A stretch of 64,000 nt of DNA, from positions 15,934,001-15,998,000 of the forward strand of contig CM022671.1 of assembly GCA_012295275.1 (NCBI GenBank), given 5' to 3'. The notes beneath the pieces were generated by a model that was not told the DNA's origin, ran no database searches, and saw only the letters and a list, made by a program, of their open reading frames with translations. This document shows, one piece after another, positions 1-42,165 of the stretch; the stretch's first letter is position 1, and every line of letters starts with the position of its first letter. A program made the translations under genes and the position numbers. This DNA is from Chrysomallon squamiferum (lineage: Eukaryota; Animalia; Mollusca).

Positions 1-3000
1 TTGTTCTTCCCAATTTTAACTAAAGCATTTCCATATGCAGCACGAGTGGCAAGCTGAAAGATAATTTTAAAACACAACCTATAATGGAAATGTTATTCAC
101 CACTGCAACGTATTTATTATTAATTATGCAAAATATTCAAATGTCTATAGATGAATCTTCTGCCACAAACAGTCAGAAGACATTCTTATGTATGTAATTC
201 TTAAATAGTTCTATAAAAAATTTGAAGGCCTCAAAAATACTATTTAAAACACTGATGAAAAAAAAGATTCAGAGTTGTTCCTGTATTTTAAATATTTCAA
301 CAACAACTGTTTTAACCATCATAAATGAAAATGTATTCTTTTGTATTTGGAGTTAATATCTATAAAGGATGAAATTAAAGGAATTTTAGTCCAAGTTATT
401 TGATGTAATCTCTACCTGCTCATCTTTCTTGTAACTGGGAGGTTCTGATAAGGTGATATTTTTGATGTTGACTTGAGGTACGTTGGCTGTTGGTTGTTTT
501 GGTTTCAAGGGATTTGTTTTGTTGACAATCAAACCCTGAATATGATCCACAATACTTGCTTCTTTATTGCCCAGAGCTTTTCCATGCCAGTTATCTTGGT
601 CCTCAATCCCTGAACATAAAAATAGTTTATAATCTTTCTTTTCTCTCCTACTCACTTAATCACATATACATACACAGCCTAAATGAATTGAACAGAGGCA
701 TAACTCTTACAAACATTTTGTTCCAAGGAACCAGTTACGGAAAAAGCCTTCATTTTACCATTTTGTTACTCACTTTGTATAAAGAAAATATCTTAAAGTA
801 CATTACAAATAAACACCAATTCAAAAACAGTAATCAAGTATGTATACATTAGCATATTAATCAATAGCCTGAAATTAATTAAACTTCCTGACATTTGTTT
901 TGAACCTAGTGAACTGCTTAATTATCAACTGTTCTGAATAACAGTACGTTAACCTATCATATAAAATGAAAAAAAAATAAAAAGGAAAACTGCACCTGTT
1001 CAAATTAATAATTTATATTCTTTTTTATAAATATTTTATTTACCTTTCATGTCTATACTTCATTAAATCAAACAAAAACAATAAAAATAACTTGAAAGAG
1101 ACACTGTTAACAGGATTTTATGACAGCAACACAAATGCACAGCTGTTTCCCTTAGTGGCTAAACCTTTATGAGGTGACCTTTGTATGCATCTTTTTTCCA
1201 TTTATTTTTCTCTTTTGACACATTTGGATTAATATGATGAAAAAAATAAAAAATAATTTTTAATAGTATATGTTAAGATACAAACTTGTTTTACTATATA
1301 AATAGCTACATGTCACATTATTTAGAAACTTTCCAGTGATCTAACTGATCCTGACTATATGCCACACAATTTCAATTTAAATTCAGGGATAACCAGTTAC
1401 AATATGACAAGAATAATAATGTTAACAGAAGCTAATGGAAAAGATCTGTTACTTGCATTGGATTTAACAAATTTGCTGTTATAAACAATTCAGTATATTA
1501 TGACTTACCTGGACAATTTTTGCCCTTGAAAGTCTTAGCTAGAATGCAAGTTGGTTTTTCTTTCACTGTTGCTGCTGTATCAAATGATTTACACAAAGCT
1601 TCAACATCATGACCATCTACATCAATAGCATGCCATCTATAAAATATAGGTTCTTTAAACACATATAATCTAAATCCAAACTGTCACACATTACATACCA
1701 TTTGCTATTCTTGCTATATACTTTTACTGAGCTTGGATTTAATTATGGAATTATAACTATTTTATTAATATATTTATAAGAATACCAAACAAAAAATAAT
1801 AATAAAACATTATGAAAAATTCATTAAATTTTTTTATTTTAAAAGTAGTGTTACCCAAAGGCCTCCACCCTCTTGTGATATGTCTGTATATCATGACCAA
1901 GACTGGTAGCCTGGCTCTGACCAAGTCTGTTGATGTCAATGATGAGTACTAGGTTGTCAAGTTTGTAGTAACTAGCAAAGTGGATGGCTTCCCAGATGGA
2001 TCCTTCAGCACTTTCACCATCTCCAATCAAACAATACACACGATAACTGTAAGAACCATCAACAATTAAATATTAAACTTCACTGAGCAGACAATTTACA
2101 GAAACACAATTATTAGATATTAGAAGCATAATTTTTTTATGCAATTTATTTATAGACCAAAAAAAAAAAGTTTTTAATAAGACGATGCTATTTAAATAGC
2201 TAAAAAGCTAAAATGATTCAAAGAATAAAAACACTGTAGAATTGTTAAGATTAAATTCAACATACATTACTTCATAACTGATTTCATTACAAAATTACTC
2301 ACTCTGCTTTGTCAATGTATTTCCCAACATAAGCCATTCCTGCAGCACAGCTCAATCCCTGACCAAGAGATCCAGTGGCAACATCAATGAAGTTCAGGCG
2401 CTGTTAATTACAATTAAAATAAACATATGAAAAAATACTGGAACTGTTTCAGAATGTAATTTTTGAATGAGATCTCGCAATATTGGTTTTATTATTACTT
2501 TTATTGCTGAAAACATATTCAAATAACATGAAACATAAAGATTTACAGAATTCAATTAACGTGTTGAGATAAATGCTTCTTAATATATAAATATGTTCAG
2601 ATGAAACGATAAAATAAACAATAGTTACTAAATCTGGTCATGCATATAAAATTAGAGCTGATTTTTTTAAAAATATAAATCTCTAAGTTTAGAGGTATTC
2701 TTACAGGTGTTGGATGTCCCTCCAAGTCTGATGTTATCTTTCTAAGATTCAACAACTGGTCGACTGGAACAATGCCAGCTTCTGCACAGGCAGCATACAG
2801 AATTGGTGCAGCATGGCCCTGTACAGAAAAACATAAACATTTAAATAACTTTTCTCACTTGTAAAATGACCAAAATTTACATTTGTTTAATTAAGGCTGG
2901 TTAAAATTATACACAGACACATTTTAAAAGATAGGTGAACATAACACACAAAGTTTGAAATAGATATGAAATGTCACTAGTGGAATAATCGTGTTTTAAT

Positions 3001-4129
3001 TAACTTGTTTTCAAAGTGAAAATTACCTTAATTAATAATCCATTCTGATTTTTCTTGAATTAATTTGAATAAATTGAAACAATAATTTTCTTTTCAGAGA
3101 TGTAATTATATATTGTTTATTATTTAATGATAACAAATGTTTCTAAAATGCAAACAAACTTTATCAAGGTTAAAACTTTATCAAGGTTTACCTTGGATAA
3201 AACAAATCGGTCATTAGCTGGATCCTTTGGTTTTTCTACCTTGTACCGCATTGTGTGGAAATACAACACAGACATTATCTCTGCCATAGAACAACATGAC
3301 GTTGGATGCCTAGAAACAGAAAACCATGGACCAGTAACACAAAAAAGTATAATATTTCATGGGATTAATGGAACATATAAGTCACCCACCATTAAGATTA
3401 TTCTCACAAAAATGATACATTGAAAATAGTTTTTACAAGTTGCTATACAAAATTTGATAGAAAAAAAAATAATGCAAATATAAAAATATTTCTGTGCTGA
3501 ATTAATTTTGTTTGATATCATACACTCAGATACATGTTTGTGTCTGTGTCTTTCTCTTTGTATACAATAATTATAATACATGTAATATGTATGTAACATG
3601 GTACATACTTTTTATTTATATTTTTAATCTTTTTTACGTTTTATATAACACACATTCAACTGACTGATTTTTTTTTTTTTTTTATTACTGTTTGTTATTA
3701 TTATTATTTATATCTAATAAAAACATATTCAGCCGATTCATAAAAATTTCTTCCGGCTAAAAAAGGGAGATAACAAGAAACGCATGGCTGATTCAAGTAT
3801 GAACAATGGCTACAACCATGACGATAGAAATCATAACAAAATGCTGAGTTAAGTATTGATCAAAAATTAATGTTTTACGGCTGGGAGCACATGTCATTCT
3901 AAATATACGAAGAGGTCAATTACTGACACACCTACAGTGGGTCCTTGACACTGTGTTATCATTATGCAATGTCATCGACATCGTTACAAAAAATAAATCT
4001 GATAAATAGATAAACTGCTTACCCTGAATTGCTAGCATTTGTCATCTTAATACTATGAATTCTAAGTCTGTTAGCCACATCTTTTAGTGCTTGGATGACA
4101 CTGGCATCAGGACAGTGATATTTGCTCAT
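1..4129 (-). CDS. TKT: Transketolase, 5' portion (multi-exon, truncated by window start)
   Basis: GT-AG exons 4129-4023, 3309-3192, 2818-2705, 2400-2303, 2046-1855, 1636-1509, 609-416 and 53-<1 splice in frame. They give [106 protein letters not shown], including the ThDP-binding GDG..N motif of animal transketolase. Confidence 0.96.
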
Positions 4130-5346
4130 CTTGAATTCTTTCGTGTAGTCTGCACGTCCTAGCCGGTACGACCTCTTCTTCGTATTCTGGTTCCTCCACA
4201 ATTTGAGAGCCCCAACAATAAATGATATGTAAATCAATTTATGAAAATAACTTGCAGTTAAAAATGCATTACACCTTAAAATTATACAAACTTAAGACAA
4301 TTTTTTAATAAATTATTATTGGACTTCTCCTCATGCTGGTTTATCAAACTACTAACTGAAACAACAATGACTATAAAGCTTTCAAGAGAACGGAAATTCA
4401 CAGCAGGTCAAGGTTCATTGAATCTGATTGAAATACAAGTTTGTCGAGTCAAGGTCTTGAATAGATTTTTTTTTTTTTTATTGACCGTAAAGCCTTATGC
4501 TATATTCGAACAAACAGTATGATAAAAAAAAAAAAAAAATAATAAACGAATAAAAATATATAAATATATTAAAAAAAAACCAAGACCTGTATATCTGCTT
4601 TTTGTATTGTTATAATTTAATTAGAAAAAAGAAAGAAAGAAAGGACATACAAACATGCACCCATAGGCCACACAGTATTACTGTAAGCTTGCTAGAATGA
4701 TATACAGTTTTAGGTGTTTGTGATACCTTTCTTTTTTCTTCTTTTTTCCCCTTTTTTGTCTTTTTCTTTCTTTCTGATTGATTTTTCTTTGATTTTTTTA
4801 AATTCTTTTTACCTTATTCTATTAGTCATTTCTCAGACATTATCTTTTGTCACAATAATTATGTTGTTGTTTTAGTCAACCAATAAGAATATAATTACAG
4901 CATCCAGTGAAAATAAAACCAATAAAATACACAGATTATTATTGATAAAAAAGAAAACAGCTTTTTTAAAGATAGAAGTAGTTGTTCTGGACTGTGTTTT
5001 TCCTTAAATGACAAATTATGATAAAATAAATAAAACAGAAAGTATACAAAAGATGAATACCTGACATTTGTAATTACCACTGAAAAAAAACATAGCTAAA
5101 TCTTTTCAAACAAAAATAACAAGTCAGTTGTAATATAGTTAAACAAAGATAAATTATTGAAAATTACTCCATTAAGATAATTTCATTGTTGAGACAATTG
5201 AAAACTGACATTTTAAAAAACATTAGCCTCAGAAAATCACTAAGACCAGTGTAATATACAATCAAATTAATTAAAATCTTCAAAAATCATTTAAAATCAA
5301 TGTAATAAACTTTAAAAAAAAACACAAAAAAACCCACCTAAAAAAA

Positions 5347-5383
<37 letters not shown>

Positions 5384-7884
5384 TTTAAATTATAGATTCT
5401 GCTCCAACAGTACTTCTTTGTCCATGGTAAGATTCACATGAAATATCCAGTGCTGTTAAACCCAAAAGAACTGTCCCTCAAATGTCAGCACATGATCTCT
5501 TTTCATTTTCTTGTAATGTAAGGCCATGTAACTACAGATTAAGAATATGTTTGCATCATTAATAAAAATAGTTCTTCATTTTCAAAGACCATCAGTGAGA
5601 CAACTACCAATTGTTTTATTTTGCAGATAAAAAAGTAACTGATGAACTTGAAATAACTTTACAGATTAAAATTAAATATATATATACACTGTGTTTAAGA
5701 ATGAAGCTGTTTACAAATGCTTGTTTTCAGAACTGTTAAAATATTTAATTTATATTTATCATTTTTAAGCATTCTGGTTTCCATCTGATTATTTTCTTTT
5801 CACAAAATTTAATAAGATTGCTGTATAGTGTCAGTCTGTATAGCTTATTTGCCTTAACTATAAGAATGGAAAATGAAGCCTTTTAAGGACATTATCAGAG
5901 CTTTTTAAATGACTTCATACTAAAAACTACAGCAAAGAAACATACATGCTATTTTTTTTTTTACTTTTAATAGCAAAGGATCTTTTTCTTTATATCCTTC
6001 CCATAAACTGGAAAACACATACCACAGAATTCAATAAACCAGATATAGCCACTTGTTGAACAAGAAGTATCCTAAATGATGTACCAAAAAGTCCTGCTAT
6101 AAAAAGGCAGTTTTTATTTAAAATGAAATGTAATGCAATGTAATGTAATGTAAAATACAAATTAAGCATATAAAACTGAAATATCATTATGATAGCCTCT
6201 TAAACCTGGATACCTTGTTCAGTTATCTCTTAAGTATGACAGCCAGTGTCATTGTGACACAGTTTTTCAAACATCACCAACATGTATCAGTTTTTAAATG
6301 CTTTGAATGTAGGGAAATTACCTTCAAAGTGATATAAGACAATGTATTTAACACTAACAGTTTGTGAATTATAATAAAGGTTTTTAAAACAATGTAGTTG
6401 TCAAATACATCTGTCTTCAATAAACAATTTTGAGTAAAGTTTTATAACATTTTTAGAACTGTATTTAGTTTTTACTTCTAAAATTCTGAATTTATCATAT
6501 GATTAAAATGGAAACGTATTTCATTTATGACAAATGTTTTTATTACATTATTATTTTTAACATAAACACTATCATTTCGTAGAGTTTATGTTCAGGCCAG
6601 TTCTTATAGACTGTTATGTACAGCATCTTTAATAATGACCTTGATCACTTAACAATAGCCGAGATAAAATCTGACTTTTCAAAATTATACATTATCTGTT
6701 GTTATAAATTTAAATTTAGAAATATACTTGTTATTAATTTCTTTGTCAGATTCTAATCAGTCTGTTGTTAATGTAGTATCATCTATAGGATTAAGTAATT
6801 AAAGTTATACAAAACATTGCTTATATATAATAAATTTTAATGTTGATAGTAATTTAATTAATTTGTAACTAAACCTTTAGACTTTAAATGGGCTAAAAGC
6901 AACACACAGTAGAGAACCTTGAAGAAATAAAACTTTGTTTGGTTTAAGGATTAGAAATACCCAAACTAAATTTTTTTATTTCCACCTTAGACTTTGTTTA
7001 ACCTTTAAATGCAGTAACAATTCCAACTCTTTTTTTCAGCAGCAAGTTATCACAAATATTGTTCAAGATATTGTTAGAGTATTTTAAAAGCAAGATAGAT
7101 AATGTTGAGGGGTAAAGAGAAATACAGAGAGGAAAGGTGAAGAGATAAAAAAAAGAGGTAAAAATGAGTCTTAAACCAGATGTTCTTGTGCATGTATTGA
7201 AAGGACTCAAGTGAGAAAAAAACGTTTGCATAAATTTATAAATCTCAGCTCATTTTGCTTTTGTTTCTTAGGATTGTTTTTATTTTAAGTGATACCAGGA
7301 TAATGTTCTCTGATCACATAAAACTGTATAATTTCCCATTTTGTACTTATTTGTTTACTTTTTGTTAAAAATGAATTTATTTTAAATAGCTTTTTGAATT
7401 GTAACCACCAATAAGAAACTATATGAAACAAAATGAAAATATAAACAGGCCTATTTTAATTATAAATAACACGTACATAATTTAATTAAAAACAATAATA
7501 ATTGTCCAGTAATTCAATAATTGCAAATTTTGGATACATTATAAACAGATTTTACTGCATAATGTTATCTGATTGGCTAATAAAGATGAGATCTAAATTA
7601 CCATTACATCCAGAATAATTTTTTATTCTTCACTTTGTCAACAGTTTATTATTAAATACAAATACATACATACAATATCCAAATATTTACAAAAGAAATA
7701 TTTATTTTATTTCCTTATACATCATTCAAGTAGCAATACATTTTAATATACAGAACAATCAGAATATAACAGAATTTTATAACAATTTAAGACAAGTTAC
7801 TTATGATTATAAAATTATGATTAAAAAAAACCCCAAAAGTGGAAAAACCACTTTGTCATTTCACTTTCTGGTTTAATGTTATTG

Positions 7885-8912
7885 TTACATTATTCATGTC
7901 TTTGACTATTAGTTTTACTAGTCATAGCTTTTATAAAATTGTTAATGAATACTGTTCATGTCTTTGACTATTACTGTTACACTATTCATGTCTTTGACTA
8001 TTAGTTTTACTAGTCATAGCTTTTATAAAATTGTTAATGAATACTGTTCATGTCTTTGACTATTACTGTTATACTATTCATGTCTTTGACTATTGTTGTT
8101 TTATTTTTCATGTCTTTTAGTGTTAATTCTTACTATTTATGTCTTTGAGTATTGTTATAGTATTATTTAGCTGACTATTACTGTTATATTATTTAGATGT
8201 CTGACTTCTGACTATTAGTTGTTCAGACATCTTGACTAGTCCTGTTGTTTTATTCAGAGGTCTTTTCACTATTACTGATGTATTCATTAGATGTCTTTGA
8301 TTATTATTTTTAATGTTGTGCCAGAATTATGAAACAGTTCTGACTCGTATACCATTTGTATTAAACGATCAAGTGTGTCATATGAATGTCTTTCACTAAA
8401 AGTTAGCATTATCCAGTTGTCTTTGACTATCAGTGTTGTATTATCCAGTTGTCTTTCACTAAAAGTTAGCATTATCCAGTTGTCTTTGACTATCAGTGTT
8501 GTATTATTCAGTTGTCTTTGACTATCAGTGTTGTATTATCCAGTTGTCTTTGACTATCAGTGTTGTATTATCCAGTTGTCTTTGACTATCAGTGTTGTAT
8601 TATTCAGTTGTCTTTGACTATCAGTGTTGTATTATCCAGTTGTCTTTGACTATCAGTGTTGCATTATCCAGTTGTCTTTGACTATCAGTGTTGTATTATT
8701 CAGTTGTCTTTGACTATTACAGATGCATTATTCAGATGTCTCTGACTATCAGTGTTGTATTATTCAGTTGTCTTTGACTATTACAGATGCATTATTCAAA
8801 TGACTTTGACTATCAGTGTTGTATTATTCAGTTGTCTTTGACTATTACAGATGCATTATTCAGATGTCTCTGACTATCACTGTTATATTACTCAGTTGTC
8901 TTTGACTATCAT
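7885..8912. repeat. Minisatellite array of ~30-32 bp units (core TGTCTTTGACTAT) in the probable GSAP 3' UTR
   Basis: The unit ATTATCCAGTTGTCTTTGACTATCAGTGTTGT repeats near-perfectly at ~8410-8910. More diverged TATTCATGTCTTTGACTATTA.. units lie at ~7885-8310 and include a ~92 bp higher-order duplication. Confidence 0.92.
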
Positions 8913-8963
8913 GTTAATACTGTGCTTGAATTCTGAAACAGTTGTGATTTGTAATCCAGTGAT

Positions 8964-27125
<18,162 letters not shown>

Positions 27126-27941
27126 TTTGATGTAAGTAAATACTAAGTAAATTACAATCACGTGAAGAATTAATTTAATCGAGCCCGGAAGTACTTTCGT
27201 TTTAGGGAATAAATATAAGACAGGTGGAGATAACTGGTCACAAGTGTAAACAAATAAAAAACATGTAATAGAAACATGCTGCACATGCAGTTCGTGATAT
27301 GTATTATTAATGTTACTGTCACTGTTTATATTAGGCGTAAATATGTATTCCACCAGTTTCAAAGGGCACTTTTTTGTTTAAAAAAATAATGATAATAATA
27401 AGAAGAATGAGTAGAAGAATATATATATATATATATATTCCTTCAATTAATGTTTTTCTTCCCCTCCCCATTTATATAAAACGAATTACACCTAATCCCA
27501 AAGTTACATTTTATACAAATAAAAGCACACAAGTATTAACTTCGATATAAAGTTGTTTTGTATACACTGTTAGAACAAATTAAGCATTTTTTTTTTTTTT
27601 TTTTCAAATATATTGTTTTCCCGTTGAATTTCACAAATTTTCTCTTACTGTTTTTCACGAATTTGTGAAGGGCAGTTACACTCCCACCACTTGAGTCTTA
27701 CTCCTGTGCATACCATGACCACGTGCACATTTAACATCTAATGTTTTTTATATATATATATATATAAAATACTAATAATTAATTTTAAAAAAAAGCAGCA
27801 GTATATGGTTTTTAGCTCTTTCCACTTTAAATTTGTTAAATTTTATTAATAATAATTGCTGGATGTTGTCTTAACACTAACTGAAGTAATTCATCGTTGA
27901 TTTTTTTTTTTTTTTTTTTTTTTTTTATTTTTTTTAATAAT

Positions 27942-28023
<82 letters not shown>

Positions 28024-28249
28024 ATATTTTATCTTTTGGATTTTGTCTTGTTTTGAAAATTTTAGAATAACTTTATTCAGGTATCTGTTGTAAGCAGCTG
28101 TAATTATCATTTTGAGAAAACGTAAGTCTGTTTTCCTAGAGAAAGTCCATTCCGCATTTTACACTTATCCTTTTACGTTCAGCTGTTCTCATCGGAGAGT
28201 AAATCAGTAGTCGTGGCGTGGTAGAAATTGAATAGTATTTTGCACACAG
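27126..28249. promoter_or_regulatory. Divergent (bidirectional) GSAP/RtcB promoter region, including the probable non-coding RtcB exon 1 (~28150-28249)
   Basis: The starts are head-to-head. ETS-type CCGGAAGT at 27185, E-box CACGTG at 27160 and 27720, (TA)n at ~27944-28020. Donor CAG|GTAATT at 28249 and an acceptor just upstream of the RtcB ATG. Confidence 0.6.
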
Positions 28250-28802
28250 GTAATTTTTTTTGTAAATATTTAATGTTAAAGATTGTACCTTTCTTTAAAG
28301 CCCAAAATGTTTTAAAACACTGTTTTCAGCCGAAGACTTAAACTTTGGAGCATTCAGTGTTATAATCACTATTGCATTCTTAAACGTATAACCGGGCCTG
28401 GTACATCTGTCAGTGTATGTGTATCTGTGTGTCTGTCTGATCAATTATAATATTTAATTTTTTTCAATAAATGTTCTTCTAATTTAAATCAAAACTAAAT
28501 AACACAAACATTAGTTGTGTTATAAAAAAAATAATAGTAATAATAATAAAAACAAATAACCGGTATTATTCTTTACGTCTATTATTACATATTTCTAATT
28601 TTTCTGTAATACTACTAATAGTATGGTGCAATTAGTTATTTCCCTTCCTTCATAAAAATCTGAAAAAAAAAATTCGGTGAATGGTAAATTATTTTAATGA
28701 AATAATATGTCTGGAACTCAAAACTTGGTGATAGATTACTAATGTATTATTAATTATACTTTAAATTTTTATTGTTGTTGATTATTTAAGCAGATATCAA
28801 AG

Positions 28803-37982
<9,180 letters not shown>

Positions 37983-40900
37983 ACCAATAACTTCACAAAC
38001 TGTTAGTGCTAAATGACCGAAAGCTCATGACAGTCTTTTACTGGAAAACAGTACATTTGGATCACCTGATATTTCATTTATTATTCAGTAGTTCTTCCTA
38101 GAGAAAAATAAAAGTTAGCTGTTGAGGAACTATGATTGTAAATGTGCTAAATCATGGATTCAAGCAGAAATGCTGCATGCCAGTGATTTCAGTTTTGATT
38201 TTTGAAATTAAACATTTCCAACCTTGGTTTTTATAAACTCTACAATGAACACTGCCAAATATATTTTTTGTGAATATCATTCACATAATATCTGTCTTTC
38301 TGAATACCTGATAATTAACTTTTTTAACATTTGTTTTTGTTATCATGATCTATACAGTTTAAGTGAGATTATTTTATTAGAATTAAAATTGTTAATTTGA
38401 TTATTGTTTTAAAAGCTCAATATATAAATCAGTTAATTCACCAAAATTAAAACCACATTTTCCTTGAAATTAAGAATTAGTTTTGAAGCTTTTAGAAACA
38501 GATTAACTGTGTGGCCACTTTTTAGGGTCATATGATTAGAATACTGCCATTTGATTTGGATTGTTATTTTATGTTCTACATAGGTAGAAAATAGGGTTAC
38601 ACTGGCATTTATAATTATATCTAAATATAGTATTATTAGCTAAAACTTATTTAAGGTGAAATGTTAATTGCCTGTATCAATTTGATATCCTGAAAATTTC
38701 ATATTAAAACGATCTTGCTTTTTTAATGACGATATAAATATTTTATAAACGTTGATCACAGTATTGGTTTCAGTAAAGCCTAAAGCAATAGACTAAAATT
38801 ATAATTTTTGAAACATTTTTCTATTTTATTATTTTTTTTATTATTATTTTTTTTAATTCTAATCAATTCATTTTTTATTATTATTATTATTATTAATTGT
38901 CTTATTTTATTTTATTATAACTTTTTCTTTTCTTTTTTTTTCCCCTCCTTTATTTTAAAATGAATTTGTAAAATATAAATATTCATCTTATTGCTCTTAA
39001 GAAAATGCTGTATTTAATGAGTTAGTTAAAGTTGAGATTCCTGGAAATAATTTTCTCTTAAATTGAAAGTGTACATAAGATGGTAATGATTATTATTTTA
39101 TTTTATTCTATTCTATTTTTTAATAGTTCTAAGATATTAAGTGTTTTTTTTTTTTTTTTTTGGCGACATTTAATCGATCATAACTAAATATGGCAATAAA
39201 AGTTAACTTCTGAATGCTTCAGTTTTACCCATTCGTAACTTGACTGATAACAACATCGCATACACGAAGGATCTACTTAAACTGGTTCTTTTTCGGGGGG
39301 AAGGAGTGAAGAGGCGCTTCTAGTGTTAGAAGAAAGCAGTGGCTACTCCCTGTATGCTTTGATGTCATTAAAAATATACTAGCGCCAAATACGTTTAGCT
39401 GTTTGTTTGCTTGTTCTTTTTTGTTTGTTTATTTTGTTATTGTATATATATATTTCTCTTTTTTTTTTTTTTTTTTAATAGTTTAATAATCAAACTGGCA
39501 AATAATAATAATAATAATAATATTAAAATGAAACTGGTAAATTAGCAAAATAAGACCATTTATCCGCATTAAGAAAGATTCACCATAGGCAGTTTTCTCA
39601 ACAGATGACGCTGATCGCTGACTGACTGCTACAAACAAGAACAAAAGAAACACTTTTAAGTTATCAATATTTATTTGTTGCATATTTCTTGTTATCAACT
39701 GAATAAAGTTGTATTAAAACTCATTTTAGTGATTTGTCATAATTTCACAGAGAGAATTAATATGGTCATTGTTATAACTTGATTTAGAGAATGACAGAAA
39801 ATAACAAAAAATAAGATTTATTATTTTATTCTAGTTCTTTTTATATGTATTATTTATTTATTTATTTATTTAAAATCAAATTCGTAATATTTCCGTAAAT
39901 TGTATTCAAAATACCTTGTATTAATTACTAGTAAAATAATTTCTATTCCAGTGAAGTAATATGTCAAATACTTATGATGATTCTAGAAACATCGGGGATG
40001 CATAAATGGAGTACACAGATATTTTGTTAGTTTCTGTGCACAACGCCTACGCAACATCGACATACCTAATTCTTCGTACTCTCTCCTGAGTCCTTAAAAA
40101 ATTATTTATTTATTACTGTTTCTTTAATTTATTTTATGTATCTATCACGTTGGAAATCCTTATAAAAAAAAATGTTAGTCAATGAAGTTGCGTTACATTA
40201 AAAAAATATTTGCGGTTTAAAAACATTTGTTCCAGTGTATTCTAATTTCCAACTTCTTACGTTATAAAGAACTTATTGCGCAGATTATTTTTAAACTTTA
40301 AATAATAAAACTGAAATTGGTCCACCAGTTTTCGATTCTTAATAAATACTTTCAAATTTAATGCACGTTATTGAATAAAAAAGAAATAAGGGAGCAGTGC
40401 TGTTCGTATCAGCTAGATTCCGTTTTCAGTGTTGAAGGTTCCCACAGTTCCAGTATACTGCAGAAAGGTTGAATGTATTTCACGTCCATGCTGCTTAAAC
40501 GGAATGCACAGACGTTATCATCTCTGTGCACAACGCCTACGCAACAACAACATGATTTTCATGATCATTAATAATATGAGGCTGCAAATGGACAGTATAT
40601 CAAAGTTATTTACATTTGAAATGATTTTTTTTTACATACATTTTACTCGTTTGTATAATTAAAAAGTAGAATTATTATTATTATTATTATTGCTGACCTT
40701 TTTAAATATAAGGTAGGAGAACGAATAAATCTTGTAATAGGTAAACTGTATACAGTAAAAATAGTATATACTTAAAAGAAATTTTAATATAAAATGAACA
40801 AAGTTAAATGATTTTTCTTCTTTTTTTAAAAATATATTAACGTAGTATAACTTGTTCTTGAATAATTTATAAACTATGCTAATATAATTACCTTATTTAT

Positions 40901-42102
40901 CCAGAAGTAATATCATAACGTTCAAGAAACATCCATCTATAAAGTCTTATTTGAACCAAACGTTTCGATGGCTGGCTGACTATGATACATCGGAAATCTC
41001 GTTTTCATTTATATACTGGTGGTGATTTACTGAAACATGATCGAATATGTTTCTGGGGTGTTACACAAACTGAACACAAATAAGAGTTTTTCTCTGTAAC
41101 CATGCAATGAAGTCGTGTTGATCTACTTAAAATGGCTACAGTTGTTAACATTTCACCCATCGTTTCTGCTATTATAATGGGCCAATTTGTGGCTAAATCC
41201 AAGACCCCCTGTAATAAGCTGATGATCCTATCGAGGATTAACATATTAGTAAACAGAATCGGATTTAACACTGGTTCATTTTGTTCTTACTTTACAATAG
41301 AAAAAGGTTTTTGAACTATATTCCGTCAATCACCTAAGAAAATGTATTTGAAGATGCCCCAGCTCATTAGCCTTAATTATTTGTTTTGTTTTGATTTGAT
41401 GAGTTTTTAAAATGAACACTGAATGTAACTAATTGTGTTTGCTAGAGTTTAAATGGACAGTAATGAATTAACAACAGTGAAACATGCCTAATTACAGTGA
41501 CCAAACAGCTTTGATTTTAAAAGGTACGACGTTCAGAGTGAACAAAAGAGTAATCTGGATAACCTTTTTCGTTTTGGCTAAAAAACAATGTCACTTAAGG
41601 TCAAATAATAATTACAAATAACTGTTCCAAATACAGCTCTGTCTTTTTATTATTATTATTATTATTATTTTTCTATTTCTTTTAAAAATTCATTCATTAT
41701 TATCTCTCCCAGTATTCAAAAAAATTAAATATTTAAATTTTCTGAATGCCGATAATTTTTTTGCCATGTTATCATTAAACATTCATTCATTTATTCACCT
41801 ATTTGGCATAATTTAGCTAATTTTATTTTGAAACTGTATAAACTGTGCGCACTCATTCTCTCTTTCTGTCTGTATTTGTCTTTTCCTCTCTCTCTCTCTC
41901 TCTCTCTGCCATTCAAAATCTTACACATAAACGCATACACCGATAATTTAGAAAAATCGATAATAATTAACTATCCATAAGAAAAATTTCAGATAAATAT
42001 AAATATATTTGTTCTAAATCTGTCGAAAGGAATTAAAAAAGAGCATCGCAACAATAATTTTTGAACGCATGCTCTGAAAATGAGCATTCACGAACTATTT
42101 GA

Positions 42103-42165
<63 letters not shown>

